DNA from: Spirogloea muscicola
Taxonomy: Eukaryota
Direction of reading: 5' to 3'
Length of the DNA: 64,000 nt
Assembly (NCBI GenBank): GCA_009602725.1
Contig: WELB01000013.1
Span: 126,464 to 190,463 of the forward strand
How positions within the stretch are numbered: position 1 is the first letter of the stretch; every line of letters begins with the position of its first letter. Below the pieces are notes generated by a model that saw nothing but the letters and a program-made list of their open reading frames with translations, had not been told where the DNA came from and ran no database searches. This document shows positions 1-14,196 of the stretch, piece after piece. The translations under genes were made by a program, and so were the position numbers.

Positions 1-120
<120 letters not shown>

Positions 121-188
121 CGTCGCCCGGGGCGGCAGGGCGCGGGGGCGCGGGGGCGCCGCGGTCGCCGCTGCGGGGGGCGTTCCTG

Positions 189-798
189 GTGCGCGCGGAG
201 CCGGTGGCGGAGGTGAACAAGAACACGGCGTGGTTCTCCTACCCGGGCGTCTGGTCGTCGTACGCGCTGGTGGTGCTGGCCGCCTGGGCCGTCCTGGTGG
301 CCGCGCTCGGGTGCACGCCCGGCGCCGCCTGGACCGCCGTGCATGTCCTACACTCGCTCGTCACCTTCTACCTGTTCCACTGGAAGAAGGGCTCGCCCTT
401 CGCCGAGGACCAGGGCGAGTACGACAAGCTCACCTGGTGGGAGCAGATGGACGACGGCCGCCAGCTCACGCGCAACCGCAAGTTCCTCACCTCCATCCCC
501 GTCCTCCTGTGAGCGCCTTCACACCTGTGCCGTGCCTCGCTGCCGCTGCCCAATTTTCTCGCCTCGCCGAGCCCGGCCAACAACGCCAAAGACAGCTCTC
601 TCGGGCCTTCTGCCCGGATCCCGGCCTTGACTCCCCGCCATTCGTGGGTGCAGCTTCGCGCTGGCGTCCTACTACACGCACTACAGCGAGCCCACGCTCT
701 TCTTCAACACCATCCTCGCGTTTGTGCTCGTCATTGCCAAGCTGCCGATGCTGCACAAAGTCAGGATCCTCGGCATCAATTCCGACTACCCAACCTGA
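189..798 (+). CDS. ORM: ORMDL/ORM family sphingolipid-synthesis regulator (2 exons; 5' end obscured by the poly-T tract)
   Basis: Exon 1 encodes VNKNTAWFSYPGVW...FHWKKGSPFAEDQGEYDKLTWWEQMDDGRQLTRNRKFL. A GT-AG intron at ~509-653 is followed by exon 2, FALASYYTHYSEPTLFFN...AKLPMLHKVRILGINSDYPT* (TGA 796-798). The true start is not visible. Confidence 0.93.
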
Positions 799-1081
799 CT
801 GCCCCCAGCCAGCCTCCACCACGCCCCGCAACTCCTCTCCCTTGCCGTCACTCTGCGAACCCCCGCCGGCTGCTGTTGATAATGAGTCCATCCAGCCCTA
901 GCAGGCTGTTGTACATATCTTGACCGCCTGCGACAATGGCCCTCAATGGCGTCCTTGCAAACAGTGCATGGCTTGAGGGAAGTTGCTGACTCTTCCACAA
1001 AGCCCTGGTGCGGCCAGTGTTGAATGCCGTTGGGCCACTTCTTGACGCCCCGGTGACACTGACGGTGGACTGGCCACTGGC

Positions 1082-3506
1082 CTATGTCATGCCACCGTCG
1101 GTCCCGCCGCGTGCCTCTTTACTTGCCAAACCATGTGTCGAGTCTGGGGCGCTGGGGCCTTTTCTGGCCGATATATCTGGCCGAGGTCGCAGTGTCGCCC
1201 ACACACGGTGGCCTTCCTCTCGGGGCTGGCCGTCCACCTTGCCTGCATCTCGCAGCTGCCACACAGCAGATGTGGGGCTGGCTGCTGGTCAGAAAGCTGG
1301 GACGCGATTGGCAAGTGCAATTCAAGGACATCATAGCAACCCCGCCTTGGCTCAGCAATCTAGTGTCAGCAGCCTGCACAGTCATAGAGCAAGCTGCTGG
1401 ATCTGTACCAAGGCAAGCATCTGGTCCAGCAGATTCAGCCCGACTCCCTGCTGCCTGTCCCCTGTCCGATACAGCACCGTACACTGGGCACAAGGAACAA
1501 GGGCGAGCCTGTCAAGCTTAAACAACCTCAGCATCACCTTCACTCGCACTGCGGCTGCCGACCACCAGACAGCTGCTGCCGTCTCGTCAAGAGGACCTAC
1601 AATTCAACTGCAATTGTTGCACAGTGGCGGCAGAGGGCCTTGCAGAGCAGGCCGAGCCCTTGGTCGTCTTGCCTTGACTCTGTGTCCCCGTGCGAGGAGC
1701 TTGGACGCCATGTCAGCCTTCATCTCCAAGTCCTTGGCCTCCTGTTGGGCATTGCCACGGCGGGGGCGTGTGCACAGTGTCAATGCTTCCGTTACTGAAG
1801 CGACAATGCCTGTGCGAGCAATTGAAGCCACTTCTGAGTTCCACGACCTTGTGCATCGACGGTATCAAACCACCCAGACTTTTGCTAGCTTTTGCTGTTG
1901 GCAATACACTAGCACAAGCCGAGATACTATCCGAGTAACCAGTACCGTTCGTGAGCTGATGCGGACCTCCTTCACCTCGTCCAACCGTCGTTTATCAACC
2001 TGTCCGTGATGTAGGCTTCAGGTTGTGTAACTCACGACGAGCTACGGCGAGTTACGGACGCCTGTGCAGATGCATCAGCATAGCAGCAAGGTTCCAGGGA
2101 GCCACCACAATCACATCATGCCAAGTATCAACAGCCCAAGGAGCCAGAGATTGCTAAGGCATCTGCAGCAGAGCTTGCCTTGCATCATGGCCGCACCTGT
2201 TTCCGCCGCTGCTCCCTGTCCCGCTTCTTCTCTGTGAACTGCAGGCGGCTAAAGTTCTCGAGCTTGCAGACAGGTGGCGTGACCTTGCTGTTCACCTGCA
2301 CGATAGCTGAACCAGGCCCGCATAAGCTGGACGCCCTACTATACGACGCCACAAATGATGGCTGTCTACTTGCGTGGTCGTGAATTTGGCTCCACAGTCC
2401 TGGTCACCTAGGCGCAGCACACAGCGCTCGGTCCGCAGTTGCCTCGCCAGGCCATGTCTGCATATACGTTCCGCTTATGCAACGAAGAAAGGCCGAGGCA
2501 AGCACGCGCAGCTCCTTCAGCCCTGGGGCTCTGTCACACAAGGTGGAAGCGAGAGGCACAAGGGTAGAACCTCAACAAGGTCCAGGCCGGCCTGCCGCGC
2601 AGCCTCCAGCGCCCTGGCTCTGCTCATCACCTCGTGCCCTGCCCTTCAGGCCGACAAGGTGCGGCAACACTCTCAGGCAGTCGAAGCGAGGCCCTCGTAG
2701 TGCTCTTAGAGGCTCTGCTCAACGCCGTGCCAGCAATTTCGAGCACCACGGCGCGTCGAAGCAGGCAGAGTAGCAGGGTCAGGTACCGATGCTGAGGAGG
2801 GGCTGGAACCTGCGCTGGTCACGAGCCGGACCTCTCGGTGCAGGATCTCAGCGTTGATGCGCCTCCTGGCGGGCTTGGCGGGCCCGTCCTCGGAGCCTCC
2901 CGGGAGGCCTGCAGCTGTGGTGGCCTTGGGCGCTGCACTCGGCGGCGGCCCCTGGCATGCACGGATGCGGGCGCTCGCCCGCCCTTGTCAACAGCACGCT
3001 GAACGTCCGAGAGCAGCAAATTCCAATCTCTCCAGGGAAGCTCCGCGGCGAGTGCAACGCGGAGCGTGACCTCGGAGCTTGCCCCGGGAGAGCGTCTTGG
3101 CAGACAAATGCGAACGGCGCAGACGGTGGAGTTCACCAGCGCTGGCGTGGCTGCAAAGCTCCGACGCTCCTGGGCTCCGCGGGGCACGGCGCTCGGCGGC
3201 GGCAGGCCCGACAGCCGACGGTGCTGCGGCAGCGAGGCCACGGCAGCAGGCGGGCTTAGACCCGCGCGGCTGCGCGGAGGCCGACAGGCAGCGGACGACT
3301 TGGCGAGCAGCGAGCGAGGGGCAGGGACGAGCCGGAACACCAGCAGAGCTGAGCACCTGCGGCGCCTGCGGAGGGCCGGTAGACTGCCGCCACGGCGGCG
3401 GCAGAGGGGCCGGCGGCCGCGACGGCAGTGGCGGGGCATCCCGACTGGCCGCGCCGCGGAGCTCGAGCTCCATCGGGCTGGAGCAAGGCGGCGGCGGCGG
3501 CGGCTT
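1082..3506 (-). CDS. IF3: Organellar translation initiation factor IF-3 (multi-exon; 5' end at or beyond the single-N join at 3507)
   Basis: Spliced exons read RRINAEILHREVRLVT, GHEVMSRARALEAARQAGLDLVE, VNSKVTPPVCKLENF, DEVKEVRISSRT, DLEMKADMASKLLARGHRVK and GKVDGQPREEGHRVWATLRP, matching IF3_N and IF3_C motifs. The long low-complexity N-terminus resembles a transit peptide. Confidence 0.85.
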
Positions 3507-3507
3507 N

Positions 3508-6500
3508 AGCGCCTGCCGACGTACGAGCGCCGCTTTGCCGCGCTCCTCCCCGACGGCGACGGCGCCGCCGCCGCCGCCGGCGGCGATGGCGATGAGGCCG
3601 TCGCCGACGGCAAGGCCGGCCAGGTGGGCGGCGCTCGATGCATACCGCCGCCGCTGCCGCCGCTGCCGCCGCCTCCGCCGCCGCCGCCTCCGCCTTGCCA
3701 ACTGCAGCTGCGGCCTGCGGGGTTCTGGCCGGTGGTCGTCGCTGCTCCTTGCTCCGATTTCGTGGCCGCAGCGGTCGGGCCATGGCCCGGATGCCTGATC
3801 GCTGACGCTGACGCACGAGCTATCGGCGCCTCTCGCTGCCGCCGCCGCCGCCGCCGCAGAAGAAGAACTTCCGGCAGGTGGACGTGCGCACGCTCAAGCC
3901 CAAGGAGCGCATGGCGCTCGTCGAGCACGCCCTGCAGGCAAGCCCACCACCGCTCTCGTCCCCACCAGCCCAGCTACTGCTGGGAGCACTGCCGCAGCCA
4001 GTGCCGCAGCTGTGACCTTTATCGCCAGACAGCCCACCTGCCGATGCGCAGCGCCACCCGGCGCCGAACAGCTTCTCACTGAGTGCCGCCCTTTGTGTCA
4101 TCGTGTTGACAGACCAAGGAGCAGGACAATGAGAGGCTGCTCATGCGCCTGCGCGACCGCATCAACAAGTGAGCAGTCTGCACCGCTGCCGTCACTACCG
4201 CCGCCGCCTGGCTTGCCTGCCCGTGCCTGATCTGCGGCAATGTCCTGAGCCATGTTGAGTGGTAGCTCACAGTGTGTCGCTGCAGACAGCTCAGCTCAGC
4301 GCTTGATCTGACGCAGTGCTCTGCCCTCCCTCTTGCGCGGCCGCCTCACTGCAGGGTCGGCATTCAGCTGCCAACGGTGGAGGTCCACTTCCAGGACCTC
4401 AAGATCGATGCCGACATCTACGTCGGCAATCGTGCGCTGCCAACGCTCATCAACTACCCCCGCAACATGCTCGAGGTGAGCCCCCAGGCCGGAGCCACCG
4501 AGGCGCCTTGCTCGCTTGCTCGGCCGGCGTCTAGTGCATTGCCAAAGCTATCACGAGAGCCGCCCATGCAGCTCCTCAGAGTGCTCCACCAACGCCGCCA
4601 CGTCCCTCGTTGCAGGACCTGCTGGGCGCGATGCACCTGCTTCCGAGCCGCAAGAAGCCATTCCCAATTCTGCACTCACTCAGCGGCATCCTCAAGCCCG
4701 GCAGGTGAGCACACTGCTGCAAGCGTTGTCCAGAAAGAGCAATCATAGTCTGCAATTACTTCACTATGACTGTATGCTGCTAGAAATGAAATGAGGAGCT
4801 GATGAGAGTGCTCGCACATGCACTTTCGTTGCAGAATGACACTGCTTCTGGGGCCGCCAGGCGCCGGCAAGACCACGCTCATGCTCGCCCTTGCTGGCAA
4901 GCTCAGCCAAGACCTGCGGGTGCGCACTAATGACGACACCTCCCAGTGACCTCTAAATCACATAGACGGTGCGTCAAAGAAGGACAATGTCAGGCAGTAC
5001 TAAAGGATGGGCACGCTGGAGATGGCCCGTGCTCTGTGTCTCTTGCACACGCTCTGTCGGGAGCTCTGTCTGACAGCAAACAACAATGTCTGCCGCAGAA
5101 AACCGGCCGCATCACGTATAATGGCCACGATCTTACTGAGTTCATCCCGCAGCGGACGGCTGCGTACATCAGCCAGAATGACGTCCACATTGGCACGCTG
5201 ACTGTGCGCGAGACGCTTGACTTCTCTGCCCGTGTCCAGGGCGCCAAGTATCGGTCTGGTGAGCTTCCAAGCCCATACTGGTGTCCTCCTCGCTGCCTCG
5301 CACTTGCGTGTGAGGACTTGATGCTTGTACATTGCCCCAAGTGGCATTCTTGATGAACATTGCGCTGCTGCGGCGGCACTGGGGTGGATGGCAGACTTGA
5401 TTGAGGAGGTTATGAAGCGCGAGAAAGGGATGGACATCCACCCTGAGCCAGACCTGGACGCTGTCATGAAGGTGCGGGACAATTTTCAGCGGGAATGCTG
5501 TAGCCGCCGAGCTGCATCGCGTGCTCCTTATCAGCCTTCGGTCTCGCACAATGTCTTGCACAACTAGGTTGCATGCACGGCACTTATGACTTGACACGCA
5601 TGACTTTGTCAGGTTTGCACTTTCTCTTGCGTGGTCACTTGGCGGTTTATGTCCCCCATAGTACCGCGCCTGACCAGCCTTGACTGTGCCTGGCGGCCAG
5701 GGCATTGCGTTGAGCTCTGGCGATAGTGGGGCTCTTATCACGGACTACATCATGAAAATTCTCGGGCTGGATATTTGTGCCGACACGCTCGTCGGCAATG
5801 AGATGATCAGAGGCATCTCGGGCGGCCAGAAGAAGCGCGTCACCACAGGCAAGGGACCAGATGTAGCATCTTCTATGCTTGATGAACACTTGCTCACACT
5901 CAAACAACAACATGCACAGGTCTTGTGATAGAGTTGCAACGGCCTGTCAAACGTACAGGTATTGGGCCTTCTTGAGTACACTTTGACAGTGGAGAGCTGG
6001 CGGTTTGTTAGCTGTACATAATGACGACTTGTTCTTGCTCGTGAGCATGGCACAGGCGAGATGGTGGTGGGGCCTAAGCGCACAATCTTCATGGACGAGA
6101 TCTCCACAGGGCTCGACTCCTCAACTACGTATGCAATTGTGCGCTGCATGCGCAACTTCACACACATCCTGCGGGGCACCATCCTCATGGCGCTGCTGCA
6201 GCCTGCGCCGGAGACGTACAACCTTTTCGACGACCTCCTGCTGCTGTCGGAGGGGCAGATTGTGTACCATGGCCCCAAGGACGGCGTCGAGGACTTCCTC
6301 CTAACGCTGGGCTTCAAGTGTCCCGAGCGCAAGGGCATCGCTGACTTCCTGCAAGAGGTTGGCAATCAGCACCTGGCCCTATACTCACTTCAGTCGGCAA
6401 CAGGTCACTAACTCTGCCTGTCATCAGATCCTGGTGTGTAGCATGTCTGACATTCTGGCAGGCAGAAGCAATTGCTATGAGGGGAAAAGTTTGTGAGGCC

Positions 6501-9500
6501 TGCGAACGAGGCGCACAGGTTGACAGCTGTGTACATTCTCTTGCTTCATGCAGGTTACGTCAAGCAAGGACCAGGAGCAGTACTGGGCAGACAAGAGCCG
6601 ACCATACAGCTATGTGCCGGTGGACACCATGGCACGTGCATTTGCCGATTATGAGCCAGGGCGACTGCTGCGTGAGGAGCTCGTGCAGCCATTTGACAAG
6701 CAACTGAGCCACCCGGCAGCGCTCGTGCACGAGCGCTATGGACTCAAGCGCAAGGAGCTGTTCCTTGCTATGTTTGCCCGAGAGTGGACGCTAATGAAGC
6801 GTGATGCATTCCTTTACATCTTCAAAACTGCTCAAGTGGGTTTTACTTGCCCTGAGTCAAGGTTCTAGGATTCGCATTTGCGCAAATGCCAGCTAGGCAA
6901 AACCACATATATAACTATCTATGCACCACTTACTTTTGGGGTTCAGGGGTTAGGGGTCAGGATTTAAGAGTGTGACATAATTTCAGAAGCTCAAATTCTG
7001 CAAAGTACTTGCAGCGAGTTGCCTGAACCCTGCATTGTCTGGTGCCGCAGGTGGCATTCGTGGCATTCATCACCATGACAGTGTTCTTTCGCACCCGCAT
7101 GAAGACAAACTCATTGAACGATGGGAGTTTGTACTTGGGTGCACTTTTCTTTGCACTCGTGCACATGATGTTCAATGGCTTCGCTGAAATCTCCATCACA
7201 GTGCAACGCCTGCCCATGTTTTTCAAGCAGCGCAATGACCTCTTCTTCCCAGCGTGGGCCTTTGTCTTGCCTACCTGGGTCCTGCGCCTGCCATATTCGA
7301 TTGTGGAGGCCATCATTTGGACCTGCATGACGTACTACGTCATTGGCTTTGCCCCAAATCCTGGAAGGTACCCATTTGACTTCCCTGTTCATCACGTCAA
7401 GACCGTCCATCCGACCATTGCCTCAGTGAAATTGAACGTGGTTCATTGTCTTGCCATTGCTCTCGTCTGGTCTGACTGCCAGTAGAGCACCCAGACGTGT
7501 TTGGAGCAGAGTGATTACACAATGCGCGTGGTCCCATCTGATTAATCATTAAAATCACCTTGGGCGAAGCGCGGAAATGATAGGCTGTTGAAGCAACTAC
7601 AGAGTGCCTTATTTGTGCAGCATGGTTTGTGAGTTTCGTGCAGGTTCTTCCGGCACATGATGATCATGTTTGGCATCCACCAAATGGCCCTGGGGCTGTT
7701 CCGTGGCATTGGAGCCCTGGGCTGCTCTATGGTCATGGCCAACACCTTCGGCTCTTTTGCTCTCATTTTCGTCTTTTTGTTGGGAGGCTTCATCATTGCT
7801 AAGCGTAAGACCGCCTGCTTCCTGCCTAGACTGCTACTGCTAAATATTGTTGAATAGAGGATGGCTCATAAATTGCACAAATTCATCTAAGCTTTAGAGC
7901 CCACCTTTGTTGCATCATGCGGAACTTGATGGAGCAGTCAAGCTGTCAGCTCCCTCTCGATTGACAAGCTGCTTTGTCTTCTACTCTGCCCAGCAAATAT
8001 TCATCCATGGGTGGTTTGGGGGTACTGGATCTCCCCTCTTACATATGGGCAGAATGCCATTGCTGTGAATGAGTTCCTTGCGAAGCGCTGGGACAAGGTA
8101 TTGTGCCAGGCCTTGCCTCTGTGTGCTTTGTACGTGAGCATTCTGGGTAGTGTTGCAGGCATTGTCGCTAGAGTGAACAAAATTAACTTGGTGAGTTGTT
8201 GGCAACACCTTGAGTGAAAGTGCTGCTGTACGTGTGTTGTCACGTGCATAGATTGTGGACAACAGTGGGCTAACACTGGGCCACGAGATTCTTCACAATC
8301 GAGGCCTCCACACAGCAGACTGGTGGTTTTGGGTTGGCTTTGTTGTCCTCGTGGCATACAGTGTTCTTTTCAACTTTGCCGTCGTCTTGGCTTTGGCGTA
8401 CTTGGGCCGTAAGTACTTACGCGAGCCTACCGCAGTTGGCTGGTGCCCTGTAGAGGATGGTGCAGAAGGCTTGCTACAGATCAATCGATGGCGTTTTGCG
8501 CAGATCTCTTACAACCTGGTTGAGCCCCATTGTTCGCCTCATTGGCCCACGGTGCAGCATTGGGCAAGCAGCAGGCGACCATCTCCGAGGAGGCGCTGGC
8601 CGAGAAGCACGCCAACCGGACAGGCGAGTCGTTGTTGCCCAAAGGCGCTGGCAGCTCCCGGGGGATGTCTGCCGCCAAGGCACGGTCGAGCCGCTTGCAG
8701 AGTGGCCGCGCGACAAGCCTTATCACTGACTCGGGAAGCCCCAAGCAAATGAGTGAGTCCCATATCCATCTCTCTGTGTTTCCCTGTGTATTATGAAGAG
8801 TGATATTGGTGACCCTTTCTTCATGTGATTAGTACTTGTTCGTGAGAAGGAGGTCTGTTGTTGTGATTGACCTTGCAGATGGACAGATGGAAACGAGCAG
8901 GGGCAATGGGGCAGTCGATGGGGATTTGGACAGGGAGGTGTCTAAGGCCAGGAGCGCGGAGGAGGGAACCGCGGGCCCGGAGAAGGGCATGATCCTCCCC
9001 TTCACGCCGCTGGCGCTCACGTTCCACCACGTCAAGTACTTTGTGGACATGCCAGCGGTCAGCCTCACCAACTACATTTGCAACGTTCACTCCGCTTGCC
9101 CTCCTTAGAAGGCATCAAGAGATTCAAACTGACAGGGAGCATGGTAGCAATCAAAGAGGTCCATTGTTGAAAGTGATGATTGACTGTGGTTTATTTCCAT
9201 GGCTGATGGCTGCGGGCGAATTCCAGGCAATGAAGGAGGCAGGCAACACAGAGAGCAGGCTGCAGCTGCTGAACGACATCTCGGGGGCGTTCCGGCCCGG
9301 TGTGCTGACAGCGCTGGTCGGCGTGTCGGGGGCCGGGAAGACGACGCTCATGGACGTGCTGGCGGGGCGCAAGACCGGCGGCTACATCGAGGGCGACATC
9401 CGCGTGTCAGGGTACCCCAAGGAGCAGGCGACGTTTGCACGAGTTGCCGGCTACTGCGAGCAGAACGACATCCACTCACCGCAGGTCACAGTGCAGGAGT

Positions 9501-12043
9501 CGTTGCAGTACTCCGCGCTTCTGCGTCTCGCGCCCGATGTCGACAAGGACACACGAGAGGTACAGCCCACCATTATATCTTCCCTTGTTACGAAGTCAGC
9601 ATTTTGCACCTCGTTGTCTCACTCCGGTGGGTTCCTAGAGCTTTTGCCCAAACAGCATATGGCTTGATCTGGCCTCCTTTGCAATTCATGGGCACGCCTG
9701 ACATCCCCACCTAAGTCGTTTTAGCAAGAGTCTGGCTAGAGTAGCTGTCGATCATACTCCCTGACAGTAGCTTGGTGAGATGGGCGTGCGCAGCAATTTG
9801 TGGAAGAGGTGATGGACTTGGTGGAGCTGACATCGTTGCGGGGCTCCCTAGTTGGGCTGCCTGGTGTGACGGGCCTGTCGACAGAGCAGCGCAAGCGGCT
9901 CACAATTGCCGTGGAGCTGGTGGCCAACCCGTCTATCATATTCATGGACGAGCCCACGTCCGGCTTGGATGCGCGAGCTGCTGCGATCGTCATGCGGACA
10001 GTGCGGAACACCGTGGACACGGGCCGCACCGTGGTGTGCACCATCCACCAGCCGTCCATTGACATCTTCGAGGCCTTTGACGAGCTGCTGCTGCTCAAGC
10101 GGGGAGGCACGACCACATATGCTGGCCCACTTGGCAAGCATTCCAGTATCCTTGTTGACTACTTCCAGGTGAGTCTCCAGGCCATTGGCATGTGTGCTAT
10201 TTCCATATTGGACCTTCAATCTGAAAGACATCATGGCTGGTCCTTTCTTCTGATGTTTGCCTCAAGTTTGTGATCAGGCCATTGAAGGCGTCCCTCGCAT
10301 CGAGGACGGATACAACCCTGCGACGTGGATGCTTGATATTAGCACGCCGGCTGCAGAGGCGAGGATTGGCCAGGACTTCACCGAGATCTATAAGAGTTCA
10401 GAATTGTCAAAGTGAGTCGAAGCAAACGGGACAGGTCATTGATCTGTCGCTTCAACGTATTCAAGTTCATCCCCTTGCATCCAGGCGTAAGACAGGAAGC
10501 TGACTCGTGCAGAGTCGTCTTCTCCTTGCAGGCAGAACGAGAGGATGATTGAGGAGCTGAGTGTCCCGCCCGAGGGCTTCCAGAAGCTTTCATTCCCGTC
10601 AGTATATGCGCAGGGCTTCCTGGGACAGTGCCGTGCGACGTTGCTCAAGCAGCACTGGACCTACTGGCGGAGCCCCCATTACAACGCCGTCCGCTTCTTC
10701 TTTACGCTTGTCGTTGCCCTCATCTTTGGGACCATCTTCTGGGGCTTTGGATCTAAGAGGTACGTCCTACACAACCATGATCTCCTTGTGTATACGCACT
10801 TGCTCATTACATAAAGCAGAGCCCGAGTTTGGGCCTTGTTCATGCTTATCATCCTACTTACACTGCCCACTATCGTTTTGCCCCACCTTTTAGTTGGCAA
10901 ATACACGTCGCATAATCTTGTGGACTGTGGCGTTCTCCAGGAGCCAGTACCAGGACGTTTTCAATGTCATGGGCGCGCTGTACGCAGCAGTCCTCTTCAT
11001 GGGCGTCAACAATTCGTCAACAGTGCAGCCAATCATTGCGGTTGAGCGGACAGTGTACTACCGCGAACGGGCTGCCGGCATGTACTCGCCAATGTCATAT
11101 GCGATCGCACAGGGCCTCATTGAGGTTCCCTATGTATTGGTCCAGGTAACGATATCATATATCAAAGGCCTTGAAGATCATGTCTTGCTATGCGGAGCCA
11201 ACTTCTCTATTGCATAATTGTATGGCGTTTCACACATCTCCTTTCTTACCTCATTGGTGCTTCTGGCTAGCCAGTATCCTTTTGGGCCATGCTAACCTCT
11301 TGGCTTTGGGTTCCATTTGCCGGTTTTTTTAGACTTTGATCTACGCGCTGATCACCTATGCCATGATCCATTTCCAATGGACTTGGGCGAAGTTCTGGTG
11401 GTACACTTTGTTCATGTTCCTCACTTTCATGTACTTCACATTCTACGGGATGATGGCTGTGGCGCTCACTCCGACTCAGCAACTTGCGGCCGTCGTCTCC
11501 TCTGCTTTCTACTCGATTTGGAATCTGTTCTCAGGTTTCCTTATCCCGGCCCCGGTAAGCCCACAACTCATGCTGCCTGGTGGTTTGTGGGTGGTGCCTA
11601 CCCCCATGCCATGTGTCTGTGTGATCTTTTTGTATGGTACTCTGCTGAGACATCCTCAAAGGGTCCATTAGCTCTGCAATTGCGAGGACTCGAAGCAACT
11701 GGCATGGAAGTGTTGCCCAGCAGTGTCAGCTGAGTGATGCAAATTGGCTTTGTGCTGTGGCTGGCAACAGAGCATTCCGGGATGGTGGATATGGTTCTAT
11801 TGGATCTGCCCAATCGCGTGGACGCTGTATGGCCTGATCGTGTCGCAGCTGGGCGACGTGCACGAGTCCTTCTACCAGCCCGACCAGACGCAGCCCATGA
11901 CGGTGTCGCAGTTCGTCCACTCGCACTTCGACTACAAGCACGACCTGGTCGGCGTTGCCGCTGTCGTCCTGCTCGGCTTTGTCTTCTGCTTCTGGATGGT
12001 GTTTGCGCTTGCAATCAAATACCTCAACTTCCAGAAGCGCTAG
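3508..12043 (+). CDS. ABCG: Full-size ABCG (PDR-type) ABC transporter, about 25 exons; N-terminus lost at the single-N join
   Basis: N-terminal RLPTYER motif. NBD1: [42 protein letters not shown]1 and the PDR signature [10 protein letters not shown] follow. NBD2: [53 protein letters not shown]2 ends LNFQKR* (TAG 12041-12043). Confidence 0.97.
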
Positions 12044-12642
12044 ACTGCATGTAAATTGTGGTGTGGCTGTCAGTAGGTGTTGTATGACTAGTGCAAGGTA
12101 GGTGCAAGGGAATAGACAACCCGCCTGTTCTTACCACATAGTCGCAGGCCAGTCAAAGTTGCTGCTCCTTTTGGGGTTTTTATTTGGCCATCACTAGTAC
12201 GGCTCTGTGTTCTGCATACGTGAATGCGAAGCATGTGCGCATGCGCGCAAACACTGTATGATGTTCAATAAGTGTCATCTTGCTCCTTATTGAACATGAC
12301 TGGCCCTGTTGTGAATTGCTGATTGTACCATCAATGGAAGAAAACACTCAATGCAAGCACAGCCCTCTGAGAAACTCGTGACTGCGTTGCTGACAGACAT
12401 TTGCCAAGACCTTTGTGATTGATGCTAATTTCCATTCCATCCATTGGCACATTGTGAAATTTACCTGATTGTCAAAGTTCACACATCCAACCCTGCTTAT
12501 AAAGACAATGATGGGAGGAGATGCTCTACAATCAGTAACATTGTGAGCTTGAAAACCCAGAGGACTATAGGGATAGGTGGAACTTAAAGCTAGGCACGTT
12601 GTAAAGAGCCAATAATAAGAAAGACACGTTGCGGTCAGGCAG

Positions 12643-14196
12643 TCATGGCAAATCATACTCTTGCACCCGCATCCACTTGGTCGCAGACCACTTGCTTCCC
12701 TTGATCACTGGGCAACCGGCTGCAAGATACCACACAAGCAGCTCTTATCAGAGCTTGCCTGCGTTTGTTAGCCAACAAGTGATAATGTAAGAGGATTGAC
12801 CAGTTTGTATGCAAGTTCTTATTGAAGTAACAAGGCCAATGGCTATGATTTGACCCTGCTGCCAAATGCCAAGGAGTGCCAACAACAGGCCCCTGCGCTT
12901 GAGTGCTTCTTCCAAGCCGTGCCAAGTGGTCAACAGTATAGTAGCTGGGCCAACCATGCAAGCTCTTGGGCTCGAGTGTGGCGTCGGGGCGGAGACTCCA
13001 GAAGAGGAGGGCGTCGCCACGCCGTGGCCGCACCGCCACGCCGCCCTTGGCACACGCCGAGAGCTGCTCAAAGCCCGGCTTCGTCGGGTCGGGCAACGCG
13101 GCCGGGAACACCGTCTCACCACCCTCCTCGACGTCCGTCCTGCAGCGCAACCAGCCGGGCGGCGGTATGCCACAGTGAAAGATGACCTAACCTAAACTCG
13201 GAACCCTAAACCTCACTGCCGGGCAGCGGCATGGCGAGGACGCTGGCGGGGGTGCCGAGGCGAGCGAGCGAGCTCACAGGTACATGAGGACGGTCGCTAT
13301 GCGTTGGCCGCCGTTGCGCGTGTTCACGTTGTCGTGGAAGTAGTCGTAGTGCGCCTCGTACTTCTGCCCCTCCTCATAGTGCAGCACCTGCAGGCCCTCG
13401 CCCTGCTCTGCGGCGTCCCGACCCCCGTGGCCGCCGCCGCCGCCGCTGCCGCTCTCAGCATGGCAGAGCGGAGCTGCCGGGCTCGGCTGGTGTCAAAGTA
13501 ATGTCGTGCAAGTTCTAAGTTGCACGACTAAACCCTAAATAGGTAATCAGAGGCCCTAAGTCCTGTATTCTTATCAAGAGGTAGAGCATACTGGCAACAT
13601 AATGGCGTGCTAGCGTCTGAACCACTGCCCTCCGGCCAAGACCTGGCTGAGCTGCAGCGGCGGCGGTGGTGGGGCAGGGGCGTCACACCTCGTGGCACGA
13701 AGGTGAACTCAGCAATGCGGCGCTCGATGCCCTCGATGATGGCGTTGGCGGCGCGCGGCAGGAAGGTCCCGGAGCTCGTCCGCACCCTGGGCGCTCAGGG
13801 CATCGCCTCGGTCAGGCGGCGGCTGCTCCAGCGCAGCGGCCTGGCGGCGGTGGCGGCGGCCTGGCGGGCGCACCGGCTGTCCTTGCTGCGGCCGGTGGCG
13901 CTGTCGACGACGGTGGACTTGACCATCGACGGCGAAGCGGTGTGGATGAGGAAGAGGCACTCCTTGGGCGTCTGGGGATGGCCGTGCCAGGAGCGACGAC
14001 GGCACGTCGGCGCAAGGCCAAGGCGGCGGCGGCGGCGGCGGCGGTGGCAGCGGCGGCAGCGGGGGCGGGGGGAGGACCAGGAAGTTGTGGTAGACGAAGG
14101 CGCGGGGCTCCCAGGAGAGCACCTCCACCCACGGATCGCCGCTGCGCCGGCCGTCGGCCGCCGCGGCGCCGCCGCCACGCAGCTTGCGGGACCCGC
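12643..14196 (-). CDS. P4H: Prolyl 4-hydroxylase (2OG-Fe(II) oxygenase); 5' end in the gap
   Basis: Exons read WVEVLSWEPRAFVYHNFL, MVKSTVVDSATGRSKDS, VRTSSGTFL, GEGLQVLHYEEGQKYEAHYDYFHD...GGQRIATVLMYL, DVEEGGETVFP...GDALLFWS...SLH and GCPVIKGSKWSATKWMRV. The HxD...H and K cofactor-binding residues are intact. Confidence 0.96.

Noticed and set aside
1008..2009. 333-aa plus-strand ORF, and other long Ala/Arg/Pro-rich ORFs such as 28790-29608 and 62179-62961
   Set aside because: These are antisense or off-frame shadows of real genes or repeats in GC-rich DNA, with no recognisable domains.
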